The notes below the pieces were generated by a model. The model did no database searches, had not been told where the DNA came from, and saw nothing but the letters and a program-made list of their open reading frames with translations. From Actinomycetes bacterium (GTDB lineage Bacteria > Actinomycetota > UBA4738 > HRBIN12), in contig JANPEZ010000097.1 in the NCBI GenBank assembly GCA_031423155.1, positions 1,048 to 65,047 on the forward strand: a stretch of DNA of 64,000 nucleotides. The letters are read 5' to 3'. The position numbers and the translations under genes were made by a program. Shown piece by piece: positions 36,413 to 46,192 of the stretch. How positions within the stretch are numbered: the first letter of the stretch is position 1; the number at the start of each line of letters is the position of its first letter.

Positions 36413-38277
36413 GCCGCCGCCTTCATCGCCGTTGCGATCGCCAGCAGGTCGTTCAGCTGCCAGCCGGGCGCCTCGAGGGAGATGTAACGGCCGGAGTCGA
36501 TCCACTCGAGACGTCCGCTACCGGGGGTCCATCGGGCTTGGCCGTGGCCCGGTATCGACAATGTCGATAGATCGGCCGCGGCGACGGCTGGAAGGGCGTT
36601 CGACCTCTCGATGTGGATCGCGATCTGGGGACCCTCCACGTCGGAGTTGGGCTGACCGAAGTAGATCGTCACCCCTCGAACCCCATCGGCCAGCGTGCGG
36701 GCGGCGCTCGTGAACGAGTAGCCCTCGGGAAGGGTCGCGGCCAGCGCGAAGGGCGCGATCCGTCCCGCCTGGTCCTTCGTTAGCCGAGCCGAGTCGGAGG
36801 GCAGGGGCAGTCCTTTGACCGGGATCGACGCGGCGACATCGATGAGTCCCTCGCGCGACAGGTTGGACTCCAGGACTATGTCCCCGGTCGAGGTGTGGAT
36901 CGAGACGCGACGGCCCCGCGTGTCCGAGGCAGGCTCGTAGTAGGCGACGCCACCCCCCGGGATCGGGACCCGCTCAGAGCCGACCGCGACCTCGCCTCTT
37001 CCGCCACGCCTTTCACCCACCTTCAGATAGGAAAGGCCCGAGGAGTAGGTCAGCAACACCTGGGGCCCGCCGGGCGCATCGGAGGTGGGAACCACCGCCG
37101 AGGTGAGTTCCAATCCCTGGGTCGCCGTAGGAGTCGCCGGCTGGAATCCCACCCTCGATGGGATAGCCGGTATCGATACGGCGCCGGTGCCGGTCCCTCC
37201 AGGGATCGCGAAGACGTCGGCGGCAGGAGGGGACTGGGTCTGAAGCGAGGTCGCGGTGACGCCGAAGATCTGGCGGTCGGGCTGTTCCTCGGTGATGCCG
37301 AATCGCAGTTCCCAGTCCCTTCTTGCCGGGTCGGCAGAGGGAAAGACGCTGTAGCGCAAGGGGAACCAGCTGTTGGCATCCAGCCAGACGACGACTCGGT
37401 CTTCGGAGAAGAACGGGCGCCAGGTGCCGCCGAGCCGAAGGAAGGGGAAGAGCGGTTGCGCGCGGTCGAACGTCATCTGGACCCGGATAGCGGGGCGTGA
37501 GAGAACCGTTCCGGCGCCGAGCGCGGTGATGCCGCGGCTCGAGCCGAGGGTGTCGAGCGGAAGGATCAGGTCGGCCGGCAGCGGCGCCTCGGTCGAGAAT
37601 GCCGTCCGCTCCTGGGTCACTGCGCGCGTCGGGGGACAGAGCTCGACGGCAAGAGCGGCGGGACAGCCGCTAGGTCCCGTCGTGTACGCAACCGCTCCGT
37701 CGGATACGAATGACAGATCGGTCGGCGTCCAGGAGTCGCTGGGGTAGGCGGTGGAGTCGGTGACGTCCAGGCGGAAACGGCCGGGCGCGCTGAACCAGAC
37801 GTTCATCGACAGTGAGCGCTCCGGAACCAAGGCCGAAAGTCCGCGTTCGGAGATGGCGAAGCTCGCGTGGTACGAGTTCAGATCGTCGGCCGCTGCGCGT
37901 ACACCTCGAACGATGTCGGCGACTGCTACCGGGGTCGAGGTCGGCCGCTGAAACGGGCCCCCAACCGAGAGGCTGCCCGCGATGATCCCTATCACCAGCG
38001 CGGCAGCGATCCAGGCCGACGGAGGACGAGATCGTTTCGGCCTCCACACCGAGCGCGGAGTTGCGGGCAGGGCCGCGAGGATCCGAGCCGTCAGGTCCGG
38101 AACCTCCTCGGCCGTGCGGATCCGAACGGCCGCCCGAAGGTGCGCGGCGTTCGACTCGAAGGCCCGGCAGCGGGAGCAGGTCTCGAGGTGTTCCTCCAAC
38201 GCCCGGGCAGCGGAGGGTTTGAGGCGCTCGCCGTCCATCCGCTCGGATAGGGCCGACTGGGCTCGGTCGTGATTCAC
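36409..38277 (-). CDS. zf-HC2 anti-sigma factor with a single TM and a large extracytoplasmic domain
   Basis: N-terminal HLETCSRCR zinc finger, TM helix, and about 500 aa of outside domain. ATGA overlap with the ECF sigma stop. Confidence 0.75.
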   Translation of the reverse strand: MNHDRAQSALSERMDGERLKPSAARALEEHLETCSRCRAFESNAAHLRAAVRIRTAEEVPDLTARILAALPATPRSVWRPKRSRPPSAWIAAALVIGIIAGSLSVGGPFQRPTSTPVAVADIVRGVRAAADDLNSYHASFAISERGLSALVPERSLSMNVWFSAPGRFRLDVTDSTAYPSDSWTPTDLSFVSDGAVAYTTGPSGCPAALAVELCPPTRAVTQERTAFSTEAPLPADLILPLDTLGSSRGITALGAGTVLSRPAIRVQMTFDRAQPLFPFLRLGGTWRPFFSEDRVVVWLDANSWFPLRYSVFPSADPARRDWELRFGITEEQPDRQIFGVTATSLQTQSPPAADVFAIPGGTGTGAVSIPAIPSRVGFQPATPTATQGLELTSAVVPTSDAPGGPQVLLTYSSGLSYLKVGERRGGRGEVAVGSERVPIPGGGVAYYEPASDTRGRRVSIHTSTGDIVLESNLSREGLIDVAASIPVKGLPLPSDSARLTKDQAGRIAPFALAATLPEGYSFTSAARTLADGVRGVTIYFGQPNSDVEGPQIAIHIERSNALPAVAAADLSTLSIPGHGQARWTPGSGRLEWIDSGRYISLEAPGWQLNDLLAIATAMKAAA

Positions 38278-38807
38278 CGGGCCTCCTCCTCTTCGTCATC
38301 GGCCAGTGCGGCGCAGAGTGCTTGGCGGGCGCGATGCATCCGGCTCTTGATGGTGCCGACCCGCACTCCCAGGACGTCGGCCGTCTCCTGATAGGACAGG
38401 CCGAAGACCTCTATCAGCAGGAAGGGCTCGCGGTGATCGTCGGAGATGCTTCCAAGGGCGTGGGCGAGCTCGGCGCGCGCTATCGGGTCGGCGACGCTGC
38501 CGGCGCGCGGCCGCTCGTTCTCGTGCCGTGTCAGATGCGACTTCTGCCGGCGCAGGGCGTCCATCGCGCAGTTGCGCGTGATCCTCATCAGCCAGCTGGA
38601 GAACTTCGAGTCGCCTCGGTAGGTCTTCATGAAGCGGAAGGCCCGCAGGAAGGAGTCCTGCGCTACGTCCTCGGCCATGGTCCGGTCGCGGGTCAGGTGC
38701 CAGGCGAAGCGGAAGACGTCCGCCTGATAGGTGCGAACGAGCTCTTCGAATGCGCCCACGTCGCCCTGTCGGGCGCGCGCGAGCAGACGGGGGTCGGGGT
38801 CCTGCAC
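38274..38807 (-). CDS. ECF (group 4) sigma-70 factor
   Basis: Region 2 (FEELVRTYQADVFRFAWHL) and region 4 (YQETADVLGVRVGTIKSRMHRAR). Confidence 0.9.
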   Translation of the reverse strand: MQDPDPRLLARARQGDVGAFEELVRTYQADVFRFAWHLTRDRTMAEDVAQDSFLRAFRFMKTYRGDSKFSSWLMRITRNCAMDALRRQKSHLTRHENERPRAGSVADPIARAELAHALGSISDDHREPFLLIEVFGLSYQETADVLGVRVGTIKSRMHRARQALCAALADDEEEEAR

Positions 38808-39174
38808 AGGGCTCCCCTCAGGTGTTCTTAGGGCCGGGCACAGCTTAGGTGACCGGGTACGGGGCCGGGAAGTTCCCAGGCCCCGTGCCTAAGAGCCGAG
38901 CAGCGCGGGGTGTTCCAGGCGGTCGGCCAGCCGTTCGGCTCGATCGGCGGCCTCCGAGGGCCTTCCGCCGCGCACGGCCGCGTGTATCGCCACGAGTTCC
39001 CTGCTCACGAGACCGGCGCGCCACCTGCTCCCGTGCACGAGAGGGTCGAGCCTGCGCACGGCTTGATCCAGCCGGTTCATGGCTGCCGCCAGCGGGTTCC
39101 GCTTGTCTCGCTCTGCCTGAAGGTCGATCAGAACTCCCATGCCGACCACCCTAGCCAGCGGGTGTGACACGACT

Positions 39175-39450
39175 TCAGCTCGAACCGCGATCGGCCTTCT
39201 TCGGTGTCAGCGACGCGCCGATCTTGCCCATGCCGACCGCGAGAAGCGTGGTGAGCGTTCCCACGATGGCAACTATCCCGACGAGGACGCCCGTCGCCAT
39301 CCCGGCTTGTTCACCTATGCCGAACGCGCGGGCGCCGGCCATCGCGGTGATCATCAGATAGATGAGCACGACCAGCAGCGGGGGCATCAGGACGAAGCAG
39401 GTCACACAGCCGATCGCGATCGCGAGCGAGATGCCGCTGCCTTCCTTCAA
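39175..39450 (-). CDS. Small membrane protein, hypothetical
   Basis: 91 aa with three hydrophobic helices. Confidence 0.35.
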   Translation of the reverse strand: MKEGSGISLAIAIGCVTCFVLMPPLLVVLIYLMITAMAGARAFGIGEQAGMATGVLVGIVAIVGTLTTLLAVGMGKIGASLTPKKADRGSS

Positions 39451-39567
39451 TCGAGCCTCCGGGTCTGGGTCGGCGAACAGCTTAATCCCGGCGATGACCG
39501 TTCGGCGGGTTGACTCGCAGGATGCTGCCTAGCCCGGATGCTCTGACGGATCGAGAGGGGGCGAGTC

Positions 39568-39807
39568 TCAGGCTTCATCCGTAACGCGAGGAGAGGACTC
39601 GAAGCCCGCCTCGACGTGAGACTCGTCGCAGAAAGGCATCGTCTGAGAGTGTCCGCAGCGGCAGAGTTTGAGCCGCAGGCCGTGGGCGTCTTCCTTGAGA
39701 TGTCGCGAGAGGTCATAGGGCTCGCCATCGACGTCGAGCAGCTTCACCGGGCCGTAGATCTTGTAAGACCCGTCGGGCCTCACGTGGATCTCGACAGGTT
39801 CAGCCAT
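39568..39807 (-). CDS. CDGSH-type iron-sulfur domain protein
   Basis: CRCGHSQTMPFCDESH motif. ATG 39807 preceded by GGAGG, overlapping the SDR stop by 1 nt (TGATG). Confidence 0.7.
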   Translation of the reverse strand: MAEPVEIHVRPDGSYKIYGPVKLLDVDGEPYDLSRHLKEDAHGLRLKLCRCGHSQTMPFCDESHVEAGFESSPRVTDEA

Positions 39808-40582
39808 CACGCCTCCGGAACGGGTGGCGAATCGGCCGAGTCGTACCACGCGCCCGTGAGCTGACCCCCGTCGACTATGAGTGTTTGCCCGTTGACGTAC
39901 GAGGCTTCATCCGATGCCAGGAACAAGATGGCCGCCGCTTGCTCCTCCGCCGTGCCGTAGCGACGCATCGGTATCTGCTTGAGGTACTCGCGGCGGAAGA
40001 ACTCTTGAAGCGACTCGGGCGCGACCATGGGGGTGACGGTCTGGCCGGGAGCCACTGCGTTGCAGCGGATGCCGAGGTGGCCGAGTTCATGCGCGAAAGA
40101 CTTCGTCAGCATCACTACTCCCGCCTTCGAGGAGTTGTAGTGGGCCTGCGGGGACTCCCCGACGAAGGCGTTCGTCGAGGCGACGTTGACGATGGAGCCG
40201 CCGCCTTGCTCGACCATGTGTCGCGCGGCCTCCTGACTGGCGAAGAACACTCCCGACAGGTTGGTGGCGATGGTTGCGTGCCAGTTCTCCTCGGGAAGGT
40301 CCAGAACGGGGTCGGAGTAGGCGATGCCGGCGTTGTTCACCAGGACGTGCACGCGGCCGTACGCGCCGACCGCATCGCGGATCAGCGCGCGGGCCTGATC
40401 GGGGACCGCGATGTCGTTGATCACGGTGTCGACCGTGCCGGCGGGGGCCGCGGCCGCGACCTCGGCGAGGCGCTCGGCGCTGCGCCCGGAGGCCAAGACG
40501 TGGGCTCCCTCGGCCGCGAAGGCCAGGACGCTCGCACGCCCGATACCGCTCGAGCCTCCGGTGACGATGACGTTCTTGCCTT
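39807..40582 (-). CDS. Short-chain dehydrogenase/reductase (SDR)
   Basis: TGGSSGIGR cofactor motif, NNAG, and YNSSK catalytic tetrad region. GTG 40582 preceded by GGGAGG. The tracked ORF N-terminal extension is antisense to the ABC-F gene and probably not coding. Confidence 0.8.
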
Positions 40583-40649
40583 CGAATCGCACGGGCCTAG
40601 CCTCCCACGTGAGCCCCGCCCGTGCCCAGCGGACGTAGTCTTCCCGGTC

Positions 40650-42239
40650 ATGCCCGTAATCGATCTGTCCGACGTCGGCTACTCGCTGCCTGGAGGGTGG
40701 ACCCTCTTCGAGGGCGTGACCTTCCGCGTACCGCAGGGTCATCACGCCGCCCTGGTTGGCGCCAACGGGATCGGCAAGACGACCTTGTTGAAGGTGATCG
40801 CCGGCCTGGAACCGGCCAAGGCAGGGAGCGCGCTGAACGTCGACGGGCATCTCGGCTACATGCGCCAGTTCGTGGCCAGGCCTGAGGAACCGACGAGCGT
40901 CCGCGATTTCCTTCTGTCGTTCGCCGAAAGACCCGTCGCCGAGGCGGGCGCCCGGCTGCGCGAGGCCGAACGGCGTTTGGCCGCAGGAGATATCGGCGAT
41001 CAAGCTCAGCTCGCTTATGCGAACGCCCTGGCAGCTTGGGACGAGTCCGGCGGCTACGTTGCCGAGGTCCTGTGGGACAACTGCACCGTCTCGTCCTTCG
41101 GTATGCCGTTCCTGGAGGCCGCCGACCGAGCGGTCGACACGCTATCTGGAGGAGAACAGAAACGCCTCGCGCTCGAACTGCTCTTCCGCTCCCCGTTCGA
41201 CCTGCTTCTGCTGGACGAGCCCGACAACTTCCTCGACATCGAGGGCAAGCACTGGCTCGAGGAGAAGATCCGCGAGTCGGACAAGACCGTCTTGTTCGTC
41301 AGCCACGATCGAGCTCTGCTGGCCGCAACGGCCACTCGTGTCGTCACCATGGAGGCCCACGGGGCGTGGGTCCACCCGGAGGGATACGCGACCTACGCAG
41401 AGGCCCGCGAGGCCCGGATGGAGCGCATCGACGAGGAGCATCGCCGCTACGCAGAGCGACACGCGCAGCTGGTCGCCTACATGAAAGAGATGAAGCGCAA
41501 GGCCGCCTACAACGACGCCATGGCCTCGCGGGCGCGCTCGGCCGAGAAGAGGGTTCAGTGGCACGAGGAGCGCGACAGTCCTCCCGAGAAAGCCGCCACC
41601 CAGAACGTGAAGATGAAGATCGCGGGCGGACGGACCGGGAAGATGGCGCTCAGGCTCACCGACTTCTCGATCACCGGCCTGATAGACCCCTTCAGCACCG
41701 AGATCTGGTTCGGCGAACGCATCGGTGTGATCGGCCCGAACGGAACCGGCAAGACGCATCTGCTACGGCTGCTGGCGGGAGAAGAGGTCGCGCACACCGG
41801 CGAGTGGCGCCTGGGCGCGCGCGTCGAGCCCGGCCTGTTCGCGCAGCTGCACCACCGGCCGGAGCTGGCCGGGGTCCCGATCCTGGAGGTCCTGCTGAAG
41901 ACCGGCCGCAGCATGAGTGAGGCCATGTCCACCCTGAAGCGCTACGAACTGGAGCGAGCAGCACGCAACCCGTTCGAGCTGCTCTCGGGCGGGCAACAGG
42001 CTCGCTTCCAACTCCTGCTGATGGAGGTTGAGTCTCCGACCATGCTGTTGCTCGACGAGCCGACCGACAACCTGGACGTGCATTCGGCCGAAGCCTTGGA
42101 AGACGCGCTCAGCCGCTACGAGGGAACCGTCATCGCCGTCACCCACGATCGCTGGTTCATGCGACTGATGGAAAGGTTCCTGTCCTTCGAGGAAGACGGC
42201 TCTGTGCGCGAGCTGCTCGAATCGCCCTGGAGCGCGTGA
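40650..42239 (+). CDS. ABC-F family ATPase (EttA/Uup-like, two ABC domains)
   Basis: Two Walker A sites (GANGIGKTT, GPNGTGKTH), two signature motifs, an inter-domain linker, no TM. Confidence 0.85.
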   Translation: MPVIDLSDVGYSLPGGWTLFEGVTFRVPQGHHAALVGANGIGKTTLLKVIAGLEPAKAGSALNVDGHLGYMRQFVARPEEPTSVRDFLLSFAERPVAEAGARLREAERRLAAGDIGDQAQLAYANALAAWDESGGYVAEVLWDNCTVSSFGMPFLEAADRAVDTLSGGEQKRLALELLFRSPFDLLLLDEPDNFLDIEGKHWLEEKIRESDKTVLFVSHDRALLAATATRVVTMEAHGAWVHPEGYATYAEAREARMERIDEEHRRYAERHAQLVAYMKEMKRKAAYNDAMASRARSAEKRVQWHEERDSPPEKAATQNVKMKIAGGRTGKMALRLTDFSITGLIDPFSTEIWFGERIGVIGPNGTGKTHLLRLLAGEEVAHTGEWRLGARVEPGLFAQLHHRPELAGVPILEVLLKTGRSMSEAMSTLKRYELERAARNPFELLSGGQQARFQLLLMEVESPTMLLLDEPTDNLDVHSAEALEDALSRYEGTVIAVTHDRWFMRLMERFLSFEEDGSVRELLESPWSA

Positions 42240-42630
42240 GCTAGAAGATCAACGGAACGCGATCGGAGGTGCGGGGGACCCGCACGACTCCGTCGCAAGC
42301 CCTGGAAGGATCCGAGTCGCGGCAGACGTGACAGACGGGTGAGGAACAAGATCCCCTGCACGAGGCGCATGTGCTGAGTGTCCCTTCGCAGAGTTCGCAG
42401 GTCATAGATCTATGGTCGGTGCGATGACCCTGCGGGGCCATACCCGCAGCTAGGGATATGTGCTGTCTGCGTGCCTGGGCTCGAAAGGGACGATGCCCGG
42501 CTGGTACGGTCTTTCGTGAGGGTGCGGTATCGCGGTTCGCTTCGAGCAGTTCCCTTGTCGCCTTTACCGGCGGCGGCCCAGCCGGACGAGTTGAAGTTCC
42601 GGGCGGCCAAGACAGTGAAGGGAGTTGCTC

Positions 42631-42837
42631 ATGGCAACTGGTGTAGTGAAGTGGTTCAGCTCTGAGAAGGGCTTCGGTTTCATCACCGCCGACGACGGAA
42701 GTGCCGACGTGTTCGCGCACTTCAGCTCGATCGCAGGTGACGGGTTCAAGAACCTCGAAGAGGGACAGAAGGTCGAGTACGACGTCACGGCAGGCCAGAA
42801 GGGCCCGCAGGCGGCGAACGTCCGGCCGGTCGCCTGA
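42631..42837 (+). CDS. csp: Cold-shock protein (CspA family)
   Basis: [18 protein letters not shown] with RNP1/RNP2 motifs; preceded by about 390 nt of likely 5' UTR. Confidence 0.9.
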   Translation: MATGVVKWFSSEKGFGFITADDGSADVFAHFSSIAGDGFKNLEEGQKVEYDVTAGQKGPQAANVRPVA

Positions 42838-42848
42838 ATCATGCGAGT

Positions 42849-42890
42849 GGAAGGGCGCTCCGCGAGGAGCGCCCTTCCGCCTTTTCGATG
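42849..42890 (+). terminator. Intrinsic terminator after csp
   Basis: GAAGGGCGCTCC-gcga-GGAGCGCCCTTC perfect 12-bp hairpin followed by cgccTTTTcg. Confidence 0.6.
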
Positions 42891-42901
42891 AAGGAGAACC
42901 C

Positions 42902-43093
42902 ATGGCATCCAGCAACAGGGGCGGCGCGCAGGTAGGGGCGCCCCAGCGCGGGAAGGAAAGATCGACGAGGGCTGCGCTCGGCCGGGTCTGCTCGAGCGAG
43001 GGTTGCGCCACGATCTTGTCCACCTACAACCGCGCGACGCAGTGTTCACTGCACACCGAACCGTCCTACCGCCACGCCCTGTACCACTCCTGA
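42902..43093 (+). CDS. Small Cys-containing hypothetical protein (63 aa)
   Basis: AAGGAG RBS 6 nt upstream of the ATG. CxxxxC...C pattern (CSSEGC...QCSLH). Confidence 0.45.
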   Translation: MASSNRGGAQVGAPQRGKERSTRAALGRVCSSEGCATILSTYNRATQCSLHTEPSYRHALYHS

Positions 43094-43125
43094 GGGCCCG
43101 CGGTCGGCTGGGCTAGAGTGTCGCC

Positions 43126-43431
43126 ATGGGCGATGCAGATTGCGCCGACGAAGACCGACGACTCCTCAAGCGAGCCGAGGAGGCGCTCACCGAGATAAAG
43201 ATCGCTCAGGGCCTATCCGAACCGCAAGAGGACGTACTTGCCGCACTGCGGATCCGCTTGAAGGGCGACCCCGGCAAGAGCCTCGAGGATCTGCTTGCCG
43301 CGGCTGAGGACTCGCCCGGCGGAGGTTTCGACGAACTCCTGGCCCGGCCCGACGACGAACCCGCGGCTTCTCTCGACGATCTGTTCTCGAAGGCCGATAA
43401 GCCCAAGCGTTCGCTCGACGACCTGCTTTGA
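43126..43431 (+). CDS. Acidic hypothetical protein with repeated S-L-(E/D)-D-L-(L/F) motifs
   Basis: 101 aa; four copies of the SLEDLL / FDELL / SLDDLF / SLDDLL motif. Confidence 0.45.
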   Translation: MGDADCADEDRRLLKRAEEALTEIKIAQGLSEPQEDVLAALRIRLKGDPGKSLEDLLAAAEDSPGGGFDELLARPDDEPAASLDDLFSKADKPKRSLDDLL

Positions 43432-43638
43432 ATCGGTGGGGACCGGCCCCTAGGGCTCAGCCTCTCTCGTCGTCGGAACGGTACTGATCGGTCCGGACCG
43501 GAAGGGCCCCGGCTCGGTAGGCGAAGTCGATCGCGTCCTCGAGCCAACGAAGTCGCTCAAGGGGGGTCGCCATGCTCACGCGTGCGAGCTGGTCCAGTCG
43601 ATGACGTTCCCAGCCGTCGGGCTGATCCCTGGCCTCGG

Positions 43639-44238
43639 TCAAGGTCGTTCTCCCCTCCGAGCCCAGATCGCCTCGAGCGCTTCGATATCCGCGACATCGA
43701 CGGGCCGCGCTGAGATCCTCTTGAGCCGGATCAGGTCGGGGATCGATGCGATGCGCGCCGAGGATCCGCCGAGTTCTATCTGTTCGGAGTTCGCCCACAG
43801 TCCCTCGAAATCGACGGGACTCGTCACGAACAGATCCACCGATCGGAGGGGGTCGGCCGGATCCCACATCGAGAACACGGTCATGCCCTGCTCGTCTATC
43901 CATCTTTGACGAACGGATGCATCGGCGAAATCCGCTGGATCCACGGGGATCCTGGGCCGCAACCCGATCCCCTGCAGTGCGGAGATGGCGGCCGCGGCCG
44001 GTCCTTCTGCGAGATCGACGGCGAGGTCGAGATCGGCCGTCAGACGCGCGTGACCGTGAAGCACGACGGCTACGCCACCTACCGCCACATAGCGCACCCC
44101 GGCTGCTTCCAGCGCGTCGAATATCGGTTCGAACAGAGCCACGGCCCGACTATAGCCGGGCTCGCTGCCCCGCTTCGCTCTGCGCTGGTCCTTGCGCGAC
44201 GCGGCTTCCGAGTGCCGACCCCGCGATCCCCACCGCAC
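43639..44238 (-). CDS. Nucleotidyltransferase-fold protein (AbiEii/DUF1814-like GG-A...D-D motif)
   Basis: VAVGGVAVVLHGHARLTADLDLAV matches the minimal NTase motif. True start probably internal. Lies just outside the first tRNA-fragment repeat. Confidence 0.55.
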   Translation of the reverse strand: MRWGSRGRHSEAASRKDQRRAKRGSEPGYSRAVALFEPIFDALEAAGVRYVAVGGVAVVLHGHARLTADLDLAVDLAEGPAAAAISALQGIGLRPRIPVDPADFADASVRQRWIDEQGMTVFSMWDPADPLRSVDLFVTSPVDFEGLWANSEQIELGGSSARIASIPDLIRLKRISARPVDVADIEALEAIWARRGERP

Positions 44239-44281
44239 CTGTGAGGCCGATCACGAGGCAGCAACGCGATGGTCCCCGTCA

Positions 44282-44325
44282 CCTGATCTGTCCCCTCGGC
44301 AGGAATCGGACCTGCGACACCCGGT
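44282..44325 (-). repeat. tRNA-Arg(CCT) 3'-half copy (att-like direct repeat, copy 1)
   Basis: Near-identical to the anticodon-stem-to-3'-end portion of the intact tRNA-Arg at 46193..46265; the 5' half is absent. Confidence 0.7.
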
Positions 44326-44566
44326 TCAGGAAACCGATGGCACCCGTTCGTAGCTGAGCTCCAACACGCTTCAACACTCCAAGAGGGAGGGCCTCTCCAG
44401 CGCGCCCCCGAACGCGGTGGTGGTCCTGAACGCCTTCCAGCTGGTGGCAGTGCCTTGACGCGCTAGTAGGCCAACGCTTGAACCCAAAGACCTACCCCTA
44501 TGGCCCGGTGATCGGGGTCGAACGGTCTATCGGCGCATCCACCCGCCGAGCCGATAACGATTCCAT

Positions 44567-45754
44567 ATGAGCGCTCGTAGTCCACGCTTCCCGCGAGTCG
44601 CGGCCTCGGTCGTCGTTCTCGCTTTTGCCTCGGTCGTGCCGGTGGTCTCGGCCTCGCCCGCATTCGCCACCTCGCGGTACCAAACGCGAACCGTCAAGCT
44701 TGCCCACGGGATCGTCTGGCGCAGCATCACCGATAGTAGGGGTCCGAACGAGATCCAAGCTTTGATCGTGACACCCTATCGTCGCCTTCGGCTCACGCTC
44801 GGAGCGGCCGGTCCTGTCATGCCATCGCTGAAGAAGACGAGTGCGCTCGCCCGTCGCGTCAAGGCCCTAGCAGGCATCAACGGAGACTTTCGCACTGACG
44901 ACGGCAGGTCTTTGCATCCGGTCGTGCAAGCCGGGATGTTCGTCAACACAGGCGTGCAGACGGGGAGCCTGTTCGGTGTTACCCGCAATCGCAAGACAGC
45001 GTTCTTGGGGCGTCCGGACATCGATATCTCGGTTACGGACGGCACCATCCACGGGCCGCGCAACATCGCCGCTTGGAACGGTGGTCAGCCCGTCTTGAAG
45101 CAGATGGTCGCCTTCACAGATGCGGGAGGCACCGTCGAGATCCCACCGACGACCGCGTGCTCGGCGCGCTTGGTGTTGACTTCGGGCCCGACCTGGACGC
45201 TGGACAAGACCGCCAAACTGGCCTCATACACCGTCGATACCGCTGGCTGCGGCACAGCTCTCTTGCCGAGCGGCGGCGTCGTGCTGTCGGCCCTTCCGGG
45301 CACGAATCGAGGAACCTGGCTGCAATCACTATCGCCGGGTCAAACTGTGACGATCAGCGAAGGCTCGATCGGCTGGCCAGGGATGAGTGATGCGATCGGC
45401 GGCATGCCGATGTTGCTACAGAACGGAGTCGTCGTCGCACCGACCACCTGCATCCCGGCCGATTTCTGCGCGCCCAATCCTCGCACCGCGGTCGGCGTGA
45501 CGTCCGGATGTGTGGATCATCTCAGCGCGTGCCATTACATCATCGTCGTCGTCGACGGAAGGCGCGCCGGCTCGGTTGGCATGACTTTCCAGGAGCTGGC
45601 TGCTTTGATGCAGCACCTGGGCGCCACATGGGCGTTGAACCTTGACGGAGGGGGCTCGAGTGCCGTTTGGATCAAGGGACACGGCATCGTTAACAAGCCC
45701 TCCGACGGAGCTGAACGATCCGTGCCGAACGCCTTGCTGGTTGTGCCCCACTAG
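44567..45754 (+). CDS. Secreted phosphodiester glycosidase family protein (NAGPA / DUF2233-like)
   Basis: Sec signal peptide; NLDGGGSS motif near the C-terminus. Confidence 0.7.
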   Translation: MSARSPRFPRVAASVVVLAFASVVPVVSASPAFATSRYQTRTVKLAHGIVWRSITDSRGPNEIQALIVTPYRRLRLTLGAAGPVMPSLKKTSALARRVKALAGINGDFRTDDGRSLHPVVQAGMFVNTGVQTGSLFGVTRNRKTAFLGRPDIDISVTDGTIHGPRNIAAWNGGQPVLKQMVAFTDAGGTVEIPPTTACSARLVLTSGPTWTLDKTAKLASYTVDTAGCGTALLPSGGVVLSALPGTNRGTWLQSLSPGQTVTISEGSIGWPGMSDAIGGMPMLLQNGVVVAPTTCIPADFCAPNPRTAVGVTSGCVDHLSACHYIIVVVDGRRAGSVGMTFQELAALMQHLGATWALNLDGGGSSAVWIKGHGIVNKPSDGAERSVPNALLVVPH

Positions 45755-45793
45755 TCTCAGAGACATTGGCACCGCGAGTCGTTCTGGGCCAGG

Positions 45794-46138
45794 ATGCAGG
45801 TCGAGCTCCTAGGCCGAAGACGGTGGAAGACACGCGTCGAGCTGGCCAACGCGATCTTCGAGAATCTGGAGATCTTCCACAACAGGAGACGGCGGCACAG
45901 CGCGCTGGGGATGCGAACGCCCGTAGGGTTCGAGAAGATGCACACCTACCGAGGGGTCTTGAACCGCATCCACCCTCACGGGGAGCTCGGGTTCGCTAGG
46001 GCGCTGGAGGTCTACCTGCAGGATCCGGATCGAGGGTCAGCCTCAAGGAATCGGCGCGAGAACGCGCTGTTAGGCTCAACCGAACTCACGTCAAAGATCA
46101 GCCGAAGCCGCTGTCAAACATCAGCCGGATACGTGTAA
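45794..46138 (+). mobile_element. IS3/IS481-type transposase remnant (C-terminal rve fragment only)
   Basis: ELANAIFENLEIFHNRRRRHSALG matches the C-terminus of DDE integrase-core transposases. No N-terminal part or catalytic triad is present. Confidence 0.6.
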
Positions 46139-46192
46139 ACCATCAGGTGATGCCACTCCGTCGAGCATCACCCGAAACAGGACACGGTTCGG

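Noticed and set aside
38889-39170. 93-aa minus-strand ORF upstream of the ECF sigma operon
   Set aside because: No recognisable motifs or RBS, and plus-strand ORFs in other frames are equally long; left uncalled.
39885-40649. N-terminal extension of the ABC-F ORF, and likewise 40583..41003 of the SDR ORF
   Set aside because: Each extension is antisense to the other gene. Good RBS and start candidates exist at 40650 (ATG) and 40582 (GTG).
42241-43023. 260-aa minus-strand ORF opposite the csp gene and its leader
   Set aside because: Low-complexity composition and antisense to a confidently identified CspA gene and its terminator; typical GC-rich antisense artefact.
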